Assembly (NCBI GenBank): GCA_964016885.1
Contig: OZ024740.1
Coordinates: 406,038,001 to 406,102,000 of the forward strand
DNA: 64,000 nucleotides
Reading direction: 5' to 3'
Source: Eledone cirrhosa
Lineage: Eukaryota
The notes beneath the pieces are model-generated. The model searched no databases and was not told the DNA's origin. It saw only the letters and a list, made by a program, of their open reading frames with translations. The first letter of the stretch is position 1. Every line of letters begins with the position of its first letter. Of the stretch, positions 62,101-64,000 are shown one piece after another. The position numbers were made by a program, and so were the translations under genes.

Positions 62101-64000
62101 GGTGTTAATGGTGGTAGAGTTGGTGTTAATGGTGTTAGAGTTGGTGTTAGAGTTTGTGTTAATGGTGTTAGAGTTGGTGTTAATGGTGGTAGAGTTGGTC
62201 TTTAATGGTGGTAGAGTTGGTGTTAATGGTGGTAGAGTTGGTGTTAGAGTTTGTGTTAATGGTGGTAGAGTTGGTGTTAGAGTTGGTGTTAATGGTGGTA
62301 GAGTTGGTGTTAATGGTGTTAGAGTTGGTGTTAGAGTTTGTGTTAATGGTGTTAGAGTTGGTGTTAATGGTGGTAGAGTTGGTCTTTAATGGTGGTAGAG
62401 TTGGTATTAATGGTGGTAGAGTTGGTGTTAATGGTGGTAGAGTTGGTGCTAATGGTGTTAGAGTTGGTCTTTAATGGTGGTAGAGCTGGTGTTAATGGTG
62501 GTAGAGTTGGTGTTAATGGTGGTAGAGTTGGTGTTAATGGTGTTAGAGTTGGTGTTAATGGTGGTAGAGTTGGTGTTAATGGTGGTAGAGTTGGTGTTAA
62601 TGGTGGTAGAGTTGGTGTTAATGGTGGAAGAGTTGGTGTTAATTGTGTTAGAGTTGGTGTTAATGGTGTTAGAGTTGGTGTTAATGCTGGTAGAGTTGGT
62701 GTTAATATTGGTAGAGTTGGTGTTAATGGTGGTAGAGTTGGTGTTAATGGTGGTAGTGTTGGTGTTAATGGTGGTAGAGTTGGTCTTTAAGGGTGGTAGA
62801 GCCGGTGTTAATGGTGGTAGAGTTGCTGTTAATGGTGTTAGAGTTGGTGTTAATGGTGTTAGAGTTGGCGGAGTTGGTGTTAATGGTGGTAGAGTTGGTG
62901 TTAATGGTGGTAGAGTTGGTTTTAATGGTGTTAAAGTTGGTCTTTAATGGTGGTAGAGTTGGTGTTAATGGTGTTAATGGTGTTAGAGTTGGTGTTAATG
63001 GTGGTAGAGTTGGTGTTAATGGTGGTAGAGTTGGTTTTAATGGTGTTAGAGTTGGTCTTTATTGGTGGTAGAGTTGGTGTTAATGATGTTAGAGTTGGTG
63101 TAAATGGTGGTAGAGTTGGTGTTAATGGTGGTAGTGTTGGTGTTAATGGTGGTAGAGTTGGTGTTAATGGTGGTAGTGTTGGTGTTAATGGTGGTAGAGT
63201 TGGTCTTTAAGGGTGGTAGAGCTGGTGTTAATGGTGGTAGAGTTGCTGTTAATGGTGTTAGAGTTGGTGTTAATGGTGTTAGAGTTGGCGGAGTTGGTGT
63301 TAATGGTGGTAGAGTTGGTGTTAATGGTGGTAGAGTTGGTGTTAATGGTGTTAGAGTTGTTCTTTAATGGTGGTAGAGTTGGTCTTTAAGGGTGGTAGAG
63401 TTGGTGTTAATGGTGGTAGAGTTGCTGTTAATGGTGGTAGAGTTTGTCTTTAAGGGTGGCAGAGTTGGTGTTAATGGTGGTAGAGTTGCTGTTAATGGTG
63501 GTAGAGTTGGTCTTTAAGGGTGGTAGAGTTGGTGTAAATGGTTTTAGAGTTGGTGTTAATGGTGTTAGAGTTGGTGTTAATGGTCTTAGAGTTGGTGTTA
63601 ATGGTGGTGGAGTTGGTGTTAATGGTGGTAGAGTTGGTGTTAATGGTGGTAGAGTTGGTGTTAATGGCGGAAGAGTTGGTGTTTATGGTGTTAGAGTTGG
63701 TGTTAATGGTGTTAGAGTTGGTGTGAATGGTGGTAGAGTTGGTCTTTAATGGTGGTAGAGTTGGTGTTAATGGTGTTAGAGTTGGTGTTAGAGTTTGTGT
63801 TAATGGTGGTAGAGTTGGTGTTAATGGTGTTAGAGTTTGTGTTAATGGTGTTAGAGTTGGTGTTAATGGTGGTAGAGTTGGTCTTTAATGGTGGTAGAGT
63901 TGGTATTAATGGTGGTAGAGTTGGTGTTAATGGTGGTAGAGTTGGTGCTAATGGTGTTAGAGTTGGTCTTTAATGGTGGTCGAGCTGGTGTTAATGGTGG
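59150..64000. repeat. ~2.77-2.8-kb higher-order duplication containing 184-bp sub-repeats (6x21 + 22 + 3x12)
   Basis: ORF pairs 59233/62021, 59417/62205, 59601/62389 (2788) and 60026/62793, 60180/62947 (2767). The marker AGAGCCGG occurs at ~60031 and ~62798. Stops at 59233/59417/59601 are 184 bp apart. Confidence 0.88.

Larger units (their letters stand above)
1..64000. repeat. Tandem satellite/minisatellite array, 21-bp monomer AATGGTG[G/T]TAGAGTTGGTGTT, ~3,000 copies, single orientation, running off both window ends
   Basis: Every line of the sequence consists of this monomer or a close variant. The ORF track shows only its translations (NG[G/V]RVGV, MV[V/L]ELVL; minus strand TPTL[P/T]PL, INTNS[T/N]T). 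Confidence 0.99.

Noticed and set aside
1-63973. Hundreds of + strand ORFs (MVVELVL.../NGGRVGV...) as membrane or Gly-rich protein genes
   Set aside because: Each monomer contains an ATG and has two stop-free frames, so these ORFs arise automatically. They overlap in different frames, have no unique domains, and end at 22-bp variants.
1-64000. TAATG stop/start overlaps suggesting a translationally coupled operon
   Set aside because: TAATG is simply the monomer junction, so the overlap is a by-product of the repeat.
1-64000. CRISPR array
   Set aside because: There are no unique spacers, leader or cas genes; the repeats abut directly.
1-64000. Plasmodium falciparum Rep20/TARE6 (also a 21-bp subtelomeric repeat)
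   Set aside because: Only the unit length matches. From memory the Rep20 consensus is more AT-rich and unrelated, whereas this monomer is about 40% G. Not checked by alignment.
1-64000. Canonical telomeric repeat (TTAGGG, TTAGG, TTTAGGG)
   Set aside because: No tandem canonical units. Isolated TTAGGG (e.g. ~14019, ~16214) are point variants of TTAGAG.
1-64000. 22-bp units as homopolymer sequencing errors hiding one giant ORF
   Set aside because: The commonest 22-bp form changes sequence as well as length (GGTGTT to GGTCTTT) and recurs at the same positions in duplicated blocks, which random errors would not do. Read-level confirmation is still desirable.
1-64000. Hairpins, inverted segments, terminators, tRNA/rRNA or transposon insertions (e.g. 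at the many TTAA sites)
   Set aside because: No C/A-rich inverted block or non-repeat insert was seen, and the near absence of C precludes stable Watson-Crick stems.

Overview
The whole 64 kb window is one uninterrupted, head-to-tail tandem array (satellite or very large minisatellite) of a 21-bp monomer, consensus AATGGTG[G/T]TAGAGTTGGTGTT, about 3,000 copies (64000/21). The + strand is about 81% G+T and the consensus has no C. I see no unique sequence, transposon, inversion, RNA gene, CRISPR spacer or credible protein-coding gene. The ORF track only reflects the 7-codon monomer read in its open frames, cut every ~60-450 bp by 22-bp variant monomers. The information lies in the variant pattern: a G/T two-state position, 9/12/18/20/22-bp length variants and rare substitutions. 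These define nested higher-order repeats (64, 136, 184, 846, ~960, ~1.4-1.9k, ~2.2k, 2345, ~2.8k, ~5.7k bp, plus long-range copies at ~7 and ~18.5 kb offsets) and a left-to-right drift in variant composition. I cannot identify the organism or the satellite family. All coordinates and identities were read by eye or from ORF-track offsets, so boundaries are approximate. I found no well-supported new gene system, and the functional ideas below are labelled as inference.
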